Notes under the pieces: generated by a model
Database searches by the model: none
What the model was told of the DNA's origin: nothing
Seen by the model: the letters and a program-made list of their open reading frames with translations, nothing else
Position numbers and translations under genes: made by a program
Shown: positions 25,211-33,348 of the stretch, piece by piece
Layout: each line of letters opens with the position of its first letter
Position numbering within the stretch: position 1 is the first letter of the stretch
Source of the DNA: a virus
Lineage: Duplodnaviria; Caudoviricetes
IMG/VR virus record: IMGVR_UViG_3300033076_001052
Span: 1-36,665 of that record
DNA length: 36,665 nt
Direction: 5' to 3' (one strand)

Positions 25211-25283
25211 AACCTTCCTGTGTCTTAACCGTTTAGGGCGTCAACATGACGCATCGAACGCCGACGCATCGGCGCTCTGTGCG

Positions 25284-25784
25284 TTACCCTATCTGCACGT
25301 TTTTCTTTTCCACCAACTCCGCGAACCAGAGATCCTCACCGGATGCGATCGCCCGCTTCGCCTCGTCCTTCGCAAACTCGACTTTGATTCGCCGGTAGAG
25401 CTCCGGGATTTCCTCGACGGAGATACCCGGCATGAGCTCGACGCTCGACGATTTGCGCCATGTGACCCGATGGGCGCCAAGGTCAAATTTCTCGTCGGGC
25501 TTAAGATTTCGCTGTAGGTACGCCTTGAGCGCGTCGGCCTGGTTCGCGTAGCTCTTGGCGCGAGCCAAGAGTTTCTTTGCCTCGTTACTGAGAATTTCCG
25601 CCCTGCCGTTCAGCTCTTTGAACACGACGCAGATCGCCTCGATCTTTGCTTCGCGCTCGGCGGCAACTTGCTCGATCTTCGCGTCGATGTCCGGCGACAC
25701 TTCCCCGCCGTTCTCTTCGGCAAAAGCTTCCAGGGAATCGAAAAGGACATTTGCTTCGTTGCTCAGTTGAAAGAGAGATTTCAT
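25284..25784 (-). CDS. Siphovirus Gp157-family protein (166 aa)
   Basis: 'SLFQLS...GEV.P...EAKIE.I....K......E....E.K.L..R.K...N..D.LK.YL' and 'WRKSSSVE...IPE.Y.R.K.E..K...K.AI..GE....AEL.EK.N.QI'; SD GGAGG; sits after bet. Confidence 0.85.
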   Translation of the reverse strand: MKSLFQLSNEANVLFDSLEAFAEENGGEVSPDIDAKIEQVAAEREAKIEAICVVFKELNGRAEILSNEAKKLLARAKSYANQADALKAYLQRNLKPDEKFDLGAHRVTWRKSSSVELMPGISVEEIPELYRRIKVEFAKDEAKRAIASGEDLWFAELVEKKNVQIG

Positions 25785-26647
25785 GCTTCCTCCGTTGTTT
25801 CCTTGGGTCCAGATATGAGAGCGCGGCAAATCTCGGGGGCTTCCGAGCTCGTGTGAATGATTCCCTCAGCGTCACGAATTGCGCCGTGATCGCGAACGAG
25901 GCGAGCCCATAACGGCCGGCGCTCGGATTCCTCAACCTCGATAAAATCGGGGCCGTAGGTCCAGGTCTTCCCCTGCCCCATGAGCTCGCGAGTTTCCGCC
26001 TGTTTCGGGGTCTCGCCTCGGTTCGCATTCGGAAGCGCCTTTGGTTGAGGCTTCGGCGCCGGGAGGCTGTCGAGCGGATGCGCCTCAATCTCGACGGTCT
26101 CCGGACGGTATTCCTCTTCGGTATAGAGACCGTTCAAGTCTTGGGGAAACGCCTCACGCAGCGCGATGGCCTTTGCCACCTTGGCGAGCATATGAAAGGG
26201 TTTCGTTTCCCAAAGGGACTTACCCTTTTCGGTCTTGCCCGGGAAAAACTCCTTCCATCGAGCAACGCCGACCGATGGGAAACGCCGATCCTTTCTCCAT
26301 ACCTTCACGGTGCAGGCAATCGGGAGACCGTCCGATCCCACCTCGAAAACCGGTTCCTCCATCCCGTCGAAATTCGGATTCGAATTTGCGATCTGAAAAA
26401 AGCCGTTGATGCCGGTCATCATTTGCACTTTGTCTTCTGACATCGTGCCGTCACGGCGCTGGTAACCCTTGGTCTTGATGAACCAGATTTCTTTCTTGAA
26501 CGGGTTGAGCCCGGTCGACTGACAGAACGCAACAAACATGTTGAGCTCGGCGAGCGTGGCGCCAACCGCAACCGTATTTCGCAAAGTCTCAAGGGTGGCG
26601 TTATTCGAGTAGTCGATCGGACCACCGCGCACAGCTGGAAGATTCAT
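25781..26647 (-). CDS. bet: Phage recombination protein Bet (RecT/Redbeta single-strand annealing protein, 288 aa)
   Basis: 'GAT..EL.MF...C..TGLNPFKKEIWFIK', 'GINGF..IA', 'W.T.P.HMLAKVA.A.ALREAFP..L.GLYT.EE'; SD GGAGGGGAG. Confidence 0.9.
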   Translation of the reverse strand: MNLPAVRGGPIDYSNNATLETLRNTVAVGATLAELNMFVAFCQSTGLNPFKKEIWFIKTKGYQRRDGTMSEDKVQMMTGINGFFQIANSNPNFDGMEEPVFEVGSDGLPIACTVKVWRKDRRFPSVGVARWKEFFPGKTEKGKSLWETKPFHMLAKVAKAIALREAFPQDLNGLYTEEEYRPETVEIEAHPLDSLPAPKPQPKALPNANRGETPKQAETRELMGQGKTWTYGPDFIEVEESERRPLWARLVRDHGAIRDAEGIIHTSSEAPEICRALISGPKETTEEA

Positions 26648-26658
26648 CTCCCCTCCCC

Positions 26659-26994
26659 TTACAAATCAATCGTCGAAAGTTTCGGATCCCGTCGCGACAC
26701 CATGCGCGCAAGCCGCGAGGCGGTACCCATGTGATAGGTCACGTCCGGAAGGTTTCCCTGCCGAAGCGCTACCCGGGCGATCCGCGCGGAATATTCGATT
26801 TCCTCGATTGCTCGCGCGATTGACGCGGCGGACGGCTCCCTAGCCTCCTTCACGAACGCCGCATCTTGCGCGGCTTCGGCATCGGTCAACGCGATACGAA
26901 CGGCCGTAAGGCGATCGAGGTTTGCCTGTGAGCACTGTCGAGCAACGGCGGCGGCGGCTTCGATTAGTTCTTTTTGTAGGTCTTGGATGGTCAT
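26659..26994 (-). CDS. First gene of the leftward early operon, hypothetical helical protein (111 aa)
   Basis: SD GAGGA directly after the leftward promoter. Confidence 0.65.
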   Translation of the reverse strand: MTIQDLQKELIEAAAAVARQCSQANLDRLTAVRIALTDAEAAQDAAFVKEAREPSAASIARAIEEIEYSARIARVALRQGNLPDVTYHMGTASRLARMVSRRDPKLSTIDL

Positions 26995-27029
26995 ATGTCC
27001 TCGCTGAAAATCTCTACTTCGTACGATGC

Positions 27030-27058
27030 AGTCTAGTAATTAAAATTACCGACGTAAA
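27030..27058 (-). promoter_or_regulatory. Leftward (early lytic) sigma70-type promoter
   Basis: TTTACG (27058-53), 17-nt spacer, TAGACT (27035-30); operator O1 fills the spacer. Confidence 0.65.
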
Positions 27059-27104
27059 GGAGAATTCGGTAATTTTATTTCCTAGCATGAGTAATTATAT
27101 TTAC
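27036..27104. promoter_or_regulatory. Three 14-bp pseudo-palindromic operators
   Basis: GTAATTAAAATTAC (27036), GTAATTTTATTTCC (27069) and GTAATTATATTTAC (27091) between divergent promoters. Confidence 0.65.
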
Positions 27105-27128
27105 CAATGAGTACGTTTTTGTTAGTCT
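27100..27128 (+). promoter_or_regulatory. Rightward promoter for the HTH regulator
   Basis: TTTACC (27100-05), 17-nt spacer, TGn-extended TAGTCT (27123-28). Confidence 0.55.
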
Positions 27129-27160
27129 GGTTCTAGGCTTTTTCCAGATTTCAGCAGCTT

Positions 27161-27415
27161 ATGAGCAATGCTAGAGAGATGGCGGTTAGATCCGCCATGA
27201 AAGACGCAATAGAACGATTAATCGAAGAGTGCGATGGGAGCATAACGGCCGCCGCAAAGCGCGTCGGGACGAGCCATCAGAATCTTCGGAACTGGCAAGA
27301 CATGGAGGTGAAAGCGTCCGACGTGCGGAAGTTTCTCGATGTCGCGGAAAAAATATTCGATATCATCGGTGTTCCGCCTTCGAAAAGGTGGAAGGCTTTG
27401 CGGGGGGAGAAATGA
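27161..27415 (+). CDS. Cro/CI-type HTH repressor (84 aa, no peptidase domain)
   Basis: 'GSITAAAKRVGTSHQNLRNW' HTH; divergent from the early operon next to the operators. Confidence 0.7.
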   Translation: MSNAREMAVRSAMKDAIERLIEECDGSITAAAKRVGTSHQNLRNWQDMEVKASDVRKFLDVAEKIFDIIGVPPSKRWKALRGEK

Positions 27416-28020
27416 CACTCCGATCTGAAAACCCGTTGGAATACCGAACCTGGACTCAAATGTGGGCGAGGTGTAGCAATCCGAACCACGCCTCATGGAA
27501 AAATTACGGCGGTCGCGGAATTAAGGTATGCGCGCGATGGCGCAAATTTGAAAACTTTTTTGCCGATATGGGAGCAAAACCAGCGCAAGAGTTTTCCATA
27601 GACCGCATTGATAACAATGGACCATACACGCCGCAAAACTGCCGTTGGTCCACAGCAAAACAGCAACAGTCAAATCGTTGCAACACGCTGGTTGTGACCT
27701 ACAAGGGCGAAACCAAAACGCTCACCGAATGGGCTCAGGTCACTGGATTAAGCCTCGGCTTGATAAAAGAGAGGCTCAAAAGACACTGGCCCGTTGAGGC
27801 TGTGTTTACTTATCCGAAAGGGAAGCACGTCCCAAGCGAACAACGGAGGGCATATCGAAGCCCCTTGTCACGCTTGGACGAAAAGAGATGGTATCGAAGA
27901 GAGCGCGACCGGCTTACGGCCTTTTGGCTCTCGGTCGGATTTTCTAAGCGGAAGATTGCGCGCCTTCTTGCAGAACTCTACCCCATGAAGAAGAAAAGAG
28001 TTTCTCGGATAGCTTGTTAA
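27412..28020 (+). CDS. HNH homing endonuclease (202 aa)
   Basis: 'Y..W..M..RC.NPN...W.NYGGRGIKVC.RW..FENF.ADMG.KP....SIDRIDNNG.Y.P.NCRW.T...Q..N' plus a 'GETKTL.EWA' DNA-binding tail; ATGA overlap at 27412. Confidence 0.9.
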   Translation: MTLRSENPLEYRTWTQMWARCSNPNHASWKNYGGRGIKVCARWRKFENFFADMGAKPAQEFSIDRIDNNGPYTPQNCRWSTAKQQQSNRCNTLVVTYKGETKTLTEWAQVTGLSLGLIKERLKRHWPVEAVFTYPKGKHVPSEQRRAYRSPLSRLDEKRWYRRERDRLTAFWLSVGFSKRKIARLLAELYPMKKKRVSRIAC

Positions 28021-28026
28021 CATTTG

Positions 28027-28099
28027 GCCGCCGCGACTTCTCTTGGGTGAGGTAGTCGGGCAAGAAATTGCAGCTCGGTTCGATTCCGGCCGGCGGACC
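28027..28099 (+). ncRNA. tRNA-like cloverleaf element (non-canonical, no assignable anticodon)
   Basis: Closing stem ccgccg/cggcgg, T-arm gc(t)cgg-TTCGATT-ccggc, GNRA hairpin gcaa-GAAA-ttgc, hairpin cgact..agtcg; ~73 nt. Confidence 0.45.
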
Positions 28100-28133
28100 C
28101 TTACCCCTTTCACGTCCTGACCCACGTCATTGA

Positions 28134-28200
28134 CTGTATAAAAGTTGTACAGTTGTCGAAAAATGCTACACTACCTGTACTGATTTCAGACAGTACGGGT
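28134..28200 (+). promoter_or_regulatory. Candidate late promoter upstream of terS with two CTGTA-N10-ACAGT boxes and a start-occluding hairpin
   Basis: TTGTAC (28145-50), 16-nt spacer, TGn-TACACT (28167-72); boxes at 28134 and 28175; hairpin acctgtactg/cagtacgggt at 28173-28200. Confidence 0.45.
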
Positions 28201-28657
28201 GCCGGTGGCAAACCCCCAATCCAAAAAGACCGCTGAGAACATCTCGGAGATTCTCGCACGTCTCGCACATGGCGAGTCTTTGCGTTCTATTCTCAAGTCC
28301 GAACACCTCCCCTCTGCCCCTACATTCTTTGAGTGGCTCGCCGAAGAGCCCGAGCTGGCTAAACAGTACGCGCGCGCGCGCGAGGCTCAAGCCGACTATC
28401 TAGCTGAAGAGATTCTAGAAATTGCGGACGCTAGTCAGTTCGACACGATTACGGAAGTGGACGAAGACACGGGCCATGTCACGGAGCGCCCCAACCACGA
28501 ATGGATCAACCGCTCCCGCCTCCGAGTCGACGCTCGCAAGTGGTACGCATCGAAGCTCGCCCCAAAGAAATACGGTGACAAGATCCAGCAAGAGATCACC
28601 GGTGAAGACGGCGGCCCCGCAATCCTCCAAATCGTCTCGAAGCCGCCAACAAAATGA
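28199..28657 (+). CDS. terS: Terminase small subunit (Sf6/P22-like, 152 aa)
   Basis: 'I.ARLA.GESLRSI.K..HLPS..T.FEWL...PE...QYARARE.QAD.LAEEILEIAD...INRSRLRVDARKW.ASKLAPKKYGDK'. Confidence 0.92.
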   Translation: MPVANPQSKKTAENISEILARLAHGESLRSILKSEHLPSAPTFFEWLAEEPELAKQYARAREAQADYLAEEILEIADASQFDTITEVDEDTGHVTERPNHEWINRSRLRVDARKWYASKLAPKKYGDKIQQEITGEDGGPAILQIVSKPPTK

Positions 28658-30186
28658 CCGGCGTCATACAGCAAATTCCGGACTTCCACCCCGCTCAGAA
28701 ACTCTTCTTTGAGTCCGAGGCGACAGAGATCCTATGGGGCGGCGACACCCGGGCAGGCAAAACGGCCGGCGTCAAACTCTCGCTCATCCGTTGGTGTAGC
28801 CTAATCCCCGGCCTCCAATGCGACATTTTCCGACTCCGCGAAGCCGACGTAATCGCCGGATACATGGACGGAGACTTTGGTTTCCCCTCCCTACTCAAAG
28901 ACTGGATTCGTGCCGGCAAGGTCGTTTGCAACACGACCGAGGTAAAATTCTGGAACGGCTCACACATAAAGCTCGGCCATTGTTGGACCGATGCGGCGCT
29001 CACTAGTTACCAGGGCGTTCCGAAGCACGTTCGAATCATCGACGAAGCCGGACAGATCCGAGAGCGCCATCTCAAGTGGCTCAAGCTCTGGATGACCATG
29101 TCTTACGAGATGAAGGAAAAGATCCCGCTCGAATGGCGGCATCTATTCCCGAAGGTCATCTACCTGATGAACCGCATGGGCTCATCGAAAGGCTACTTTC
29201 GAAACCGGTTCGTCAAAGCCCGTCCGAAGTACAAGATCGAAAAGGTCGGCGCATTCCTCCAACAGTACCTACCCGCCGCCGTCACGGATAACCCGTCCGA
29301 GGATATCGAGGCGACGATTGCCCGCGTGAATGAAGACGCGGACTCAGCAACCGCAAAGGCGCTCTTATCCGAAGCCGGATGGGACGCGCAGACCGGCAAT
29401 TTCTTCGAGATGTGGGATTCCGATCGTCACGTCGTGAAAGACTTCGTGATCCCGGACTTTTGGACACGATTTCGAACGTTCGACTATGGCTCTTATGAGC
29501 CTTGGGCGTGCCTTTGGTGGGCGGTATCGCCCGGTGAGACCATCCATAAGGGTACGGCGCACGAAACCTACCTGCCGCGCTATTGCCTCGTCTGTTACCG
29601 CGAGTGGTACGGATGCAAAGCCGAACACCCAAAGAACGAGCGGGACAAACTCGTCACGAACCTTGCCCCGGTCGGATGGTCGAATGCCGATATCGCAAAC
29701 GGCGTAATTGACCGCACGGAGGAACGCTTCGACGACCAACCGACTTTTACCGACAAATTCCCGTTCAACAAGCTCGGCACCCGCACGATAGCCCAGGACT
29801 TCCTTGAGACCGGGTTGAAACTCACGCTCGGCGACACGGACCGAAAGAACCGCGCGGCGCTTACGATTTCGAAACTGAACGGCGAAAAGCTCGTCGCGGG
29901 CTCGGATCAGAAATGGCCCATGATGGTCTTTTTCGAGTCCTGCAAGTATTGCCAAGACTACATCCCAGCAGTCGAGAGGCACGAAGACGAGGGCCGCCCG
30001 TGGGATTACACCGAAGACGGTGAGCCGACCCATATAGTCGATTGCGTCACGCTCGCATCCGTCTCGCACAAGGTCGCAGCCGACCCACCGAAAAATATCG
30101 AAACCGAAGTGAAGAAAGCAATGACGGATCGCCGAACGATCCGCCCGTCACTCAGTGACATTTTACCGGGGTTGGACATTGGCTAA
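28654..30186 (+). CDS. terL: Terminase large subunit (510 aa)
   Basis: Q motif (HPAQ), Walker A 'WGGDTRAGKT', Walker B 'IIDEAGQ', 'DNPS', 'GWD...GNFF..W....HV', nuclease 'RTFDYG...P...LW.AV'; follows terS. Confidence 0.9.
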   Translation: MTGVIQQIPDFHPAQKLFFESEATEILWGGDTRAGKTAGVKLSLIRWCSLIPGLQCDIFRLREADVIAGYMDGDFGFPSLLKDWIRAGKVVCNTTEVKFWNGSHIKLGHCWTDAALTSYQGVPKHVRIIDEAGQIRERHLKWLKLWMTMSYEMKEKIPLEWRHLFPKVIYLMNRMGSSKGYFRNRFVKARPKYKIEKVGAFLQQYLPAAVTDNPSEDIEATIARVNEDADSATAKALLSEAGWDAQTGNFFEMWDSDRHVVKDFVIPDFWTRFRTFDYGSYEPWACLWWAVSPGETIHKGTAHETYLPRYCLVCYREWYGCKAEHPKNERDKLVTNLAPVGWSNADIANGVIDRTEERFDDQPTFTDKFPFNKLGTRTIAQDFLETGLKLTLGDTDRKNRAALTISKLNGEKLVAGSDQKWPMMVFFESCKYCQDYIPAVERHEDEGRPWDYTEDGEPTHIVDCVTLASVSHKVAADPPKNIETEVKKAMTDRRTIRPSLSDILPGLDIG

Positions 30187-32896
30187 ACGAAAAGCAAAAC
30201 CAAAGCAGCTCGGCGGCCCCATGGGCGAAAAGCCTCTTGATCGTCAGGTCATGGACGGCGACCCGATCACTATCGAGGACGTTAAGCAGTTTTTCATCGG
30301 CGGACTTAAGAAGCAGGAAGATTTTAGGGTCATAGCCGATCGGTCATGGAACGAGATCGAGAAGCGCAACAAGCTAGGTAAACTCTATGGCGGCGGGGAA
30401 CTCGACCGGGCGAAAAGGTGGACGAAATTTCCGCTGTGGTGGTCGTGTTGGAAAATCAGACAACCTATCACGCTTGCTCGGCTTGCTATTCCCGTTCTCA
30501 AGGATACCCAAGGCGACGATCCGTTCGGAAGGACGGCTTGCATCATTGGAGAACGCTTTGTCAAAGGAATACTCAAGACTTTTGAGGCTTTCCCGGAATT
30601 CTCGGCCGCAAACGATGATTTCTTGGTCACTAATTTCGGGTGGGGTCGTTGGTTCTACCGCTCAGAAGAAACCCAAGAAGAAGAAAAGATCCGCCTCCAA
30701 GTAATTGAGTCCCCTCCCCCACAAGAACCGCCGGCAGAAGAATCCGCCGAGATGCCGCAGGAAGCGCCGGCCGAAGAGATGCAGGAACCGCCGCAGCCGC
30801 TTCCGCCGAAATTCCTCACGCCGGACGGAGAAGAGGTTCCGGCCGAGCTCGTCCGCGAGGATGACCTTGGGCCCTACTTCTCGACCGGCAACATGGTGTC
30901 GATTGAAAACGAAGAGGTCTATTTCGACGCTGGCACTTACGCCGGCATGGTCGTCGATCCCGACATTGTGCGATGGAGTAAGACCACCCGCGTCGGCTTC
31001 ATTTACGAATACGGCTACCGAGAATTCAAAGAGAAATTCGGCGCCCGCGCCCTTGAGCTACTCGACCGCGATAGCATTGAGGAATACAGGGCAGATAAAA
31101 AGCCGATCGTCGTGTGGGAGTATCACGACAAAGTATTGCGCGAAGTCCGTTGGTGCACAAAAGACTCCGACGACTTCTTTCAGCCCAAGGAGATGTATCC
31201 GGAGAACGAGACAGATCCGCTCGATCATTCGGACATTTACGGCCTGTCGGATTTCTTCCCCTGCACCGCGCCGATGGTCATCAACCAATCAACGCGCAGC
31301 TTTTGGCCGACCCCTGAGTATTTCCAAGTCCAGGACATCATCGACGACATAAGCTCGATCGTTACCCGAATGCTTCAGCTAACGCGCGCCGTGCGTATCC
31401 GGTTCCTATTCGATTCGTCGGTAAAATCGCTACAGTCGCTCATCGGTGAGAATTGGGCAAACGGCGAGGGTACGGGAATGGGCATCCCGAACCTCGAAGC
31501 AACGCTCATGAACAACAAGGGGAGCCTTGCTAACCTTGTTGCGTACTTCCCGATTGATGAGCTCATGAAGGGATTGCAAAACATGTACGTCGCTTTCGAT
31601 CAGCGGCTCAACATGTTCTATAACATCACCGGATTCTCCGACCTTCTCCGTGGTCAGGTATCCGACCAAGCATCAGACAAAACCTATCGCGGTCTTCAAC
31701 TCGAAGGAAAATTCGCCCTTAATCGCATGGAGCCCTATCAACGGGCGGTCCAGGAATGGATCAAGGCGAATTATCAACTCGCGATGGAGATGGGTCTAAA
31801 GATGTTCTCGGATGAGACCATCGACGAGTACGTAACGCCGCAGACGCTCGACCCGGAAGACAAACAGCGCTACGTCGCAGCGCTCGATCTCCTCAAGAAC
31901 AACCGCCGCAATCGCTTCCGGATGGATTTCGAAACCGATTCGACCATCTCAATCAATCAGGAATGGAAGCGAAAGCAGGCGATCGACACCGCAAACGCCA
32001 TCACGAAAATGATGGAATCGATCGGAAAGACGGCGCAGGACATGCCGGAACTGGCCGACGCTGAGCTGCGGATAGCTAAGCACGTCGTTGCCGAACTCAC
32101 TGACGGCAAACTCTTCATGGATGAGATTACCGACGCGATCCAGAAGACGATCGACAAGGTGAACGCGCCGAAGGACGAGCCGCCGAATCCCGAATTGATC
32201 AAGGTTCAAATCGAGGGCGAACGACTCAAGCTCGAAACCCGAAAACAGGAATTCGCCGAACAAAAGGCGATGACCGAGGACCGTTTGCAACAACTAGAGA
32301 TGCAAATGACGTCTCAGATCGAGGGCGCAAAGCTCGCGCAGAAGGACCGGATCGAGGGAATCGCGGCACAGTTAAAGGAATTCGAGCTCCAAGTGAAAGC
32401 CGGAAACGCGACCTCCGACTTGAACCTAAGAGCGCAGGAAATCCAGTCCCGTATCGCTCTCGCTCAAGAGGAAATCGAGACAAAGCGCGCAAATTTCCTC
32501 CTTCAAGCTCGCGAAGTCGCCTCGAAAACCGAGGTGGCTCAGCTTCAACTCATGCTCGACAAGGCAACCGCAGACGACAAGCAGCGGCTCGAAGAGATCT
32601 ATGCGGCAACCGAGCGGCTTAAGGTCCAGAACGAAATGAAGGAAGCCGCCCTCACGCAGCAAGAGAAATGGATCACCGAGGCGCGGCTACAGGATGAGCA
32701 CAAACTGAACATCGCTCACACGATGGTCGAGATTCAGAAGACCATCAAAGAGATGAAACAGAGCCCGACGCCGGTCGTGGTCCATCTCCAGAAGCCGGAA
32801 GGCACCAAAAAGAAGAAACGCGGCCGAATCATCCGCGATGAGGCGGGCGACGCAACCGACATTGAAATTTTCGATGAGGAGGACGTCACCGCGTGA
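30179..32896 (+). CDS. Portal protein with long C-terminal coiled-coil barrel (~905 aa; start TTG 30179 or ATG 30221)
   Basis: Follows terL; 'L.DFFPC..P......S.WPTPEY...QD', 'Y.ITG.SD.LRG', 'R.D.ETDSTI' motifs; extended Q/E/K heptads. Confidence 0.85.
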   Translation: MAKRKAKPKQLGGPMGEKPLDRQVMDGDPITIEDVKQFFIGGLKKQEDFRVIADRSWNEIEKRNKLGKLYGGGELDRAKRWTKFPLWWSCWKIRQPITLARLAIPVLKDTQGDDPFGRTACIIGERFVKGILKTFEAFPEFSAANDDFLVTNFGWGRWFYRSEETQEEEKIRLQVIESPPPQEPPAEESAEMPQEAPAEEMQEPPQPLPPKFLTPDGEEVPAELVREDDLGPYFSTGNMVSIENEEVYFDAGTYAGMVVDPDIVRWSKTTRVGFIYEYGYREFKEKFGARALELLDRDSIEEYRADKKPIVVWEYHDKVLREVRWCTKDSDDFFQPKEMYPENETDPLDHSDIYGLSDFFPCTAPMVINQSTRSFWPTPEYFQVQDIIDDISSIVTRMLQLTRAVRIRFLFDSSVKSLQSLIGENWANGEGTGMGIPNLEATLMNNKGSLANLVAYFPIDELMKGLQNMYVAFDQRLNMFYNITGFSDLLRGQVSDQASDKTYRGLQLEGKFALNRMEPYQRAVQEWIKANYQLAMEMGLKMFSDETIDEYVTPQTLDPEDKQRYVAALDLLKNNRRNRFRMDFETDSTISINQEWKRKQAIDTANAITKMMESIGKTAQDMPELADAELRIAKHVVAELTDGKLFMDEITDAIQKTIDKVNAPKDEPPNPELIKVQIEGERLKLETRKQEFAEQKAMTEDRLQQLEMQMTSQIEGAKLAQKDRIEGIAAQLKEFELQVKAGNATSDLNLRAQEIQSRIALAQEEIETKRANFLLQAREVASKTEVAQLQLMLDKATADDKQRLEEIYAATERLKVQNEMKEAALTQQEKWITEARLQDEHKLNIAHTMVEIQKTIKEMKQSPTPVVVHLQKPEGTKKKKRGRIIRDEAGDATDIEIFDEEDVTA

Positions 32897-33348
32897 GCAC
32901 TCCATACAATCAAAACGTCGCCAACAGCCCCACGAACGCCTATCCCGTCTATACGTTCAAGCTAAGTAACGGCGGACTTGTTCAGGGCGTCGTCTTATCC
33001 GACTCGAACGGCAACGAGTACAACGCAAGTAATCCGCTCCCGATCGACGGCTCGTTCGTCGTCTCTCCGGTCACTGCCTCAAGCGCAACGGAAACAAATA
33101 AGACCATCACGGCGGCATCGACCAAGATCCTCGACGCCAACCCGTCGCGCAAAGCCGCCGTTATTCGCGTGCCTCTCGGCGCAGACGGGCCCGTAAGAAT
33201 GGCACTCGCGGGATCGGCATCGGCAACGAGTCGATTGTATCAGCCCGGCGACGTCCTGAACCTTACGATCGGCGGATGTCTCTACACCGGCGCGGTCTAC
33301 GGGATTGTCGACTCGCTAACGGTAGATGTCGAGGTAACCGAACTATGA
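32893..33348 (+). CDS. Beta-rich accessory virion protein (151 aa)
   Basis: GTGA coupling to the portal; 'ASNPLPI' motif and C-terminal 'IL.ANPSRK.......YTGAVYGI.....V.VTE' jelly-roll-type domain. Confidence 0.65.
   Translation: MSTPYNQNVANSPTNAYPVYTFKLSNGGLVQGVVLSDSNGNEYNASNPLPIDGSFVVSPVTASSATETNKTITAASTKILDANPSRKAAVIRVPLGADGPVRMALAGSASATSRLYQPGDVLNLTIGGCLYTGAVYGIVDSLTVDVEVTEL

Noticed and set aside
28027-28099. Canonical tRNA gene
   Set aside because: No U8/A14/GG D-loop, no 7-nt anticodon loop, no CCA; kept only as a tRNA-like element.
28134-28194. E. coli-type LexA (SOS) boxes
   Set aside because: Spacing is CTGT-N11-ACAG, not N8; retained only as an unknown operator pair.
28369-28382. 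(CG)7 run in terS as a Z-DNA or pac signal
   Set aside because: Fully explained by the conserved YARARE peptide; nothing in the sequence identifies a pac site.
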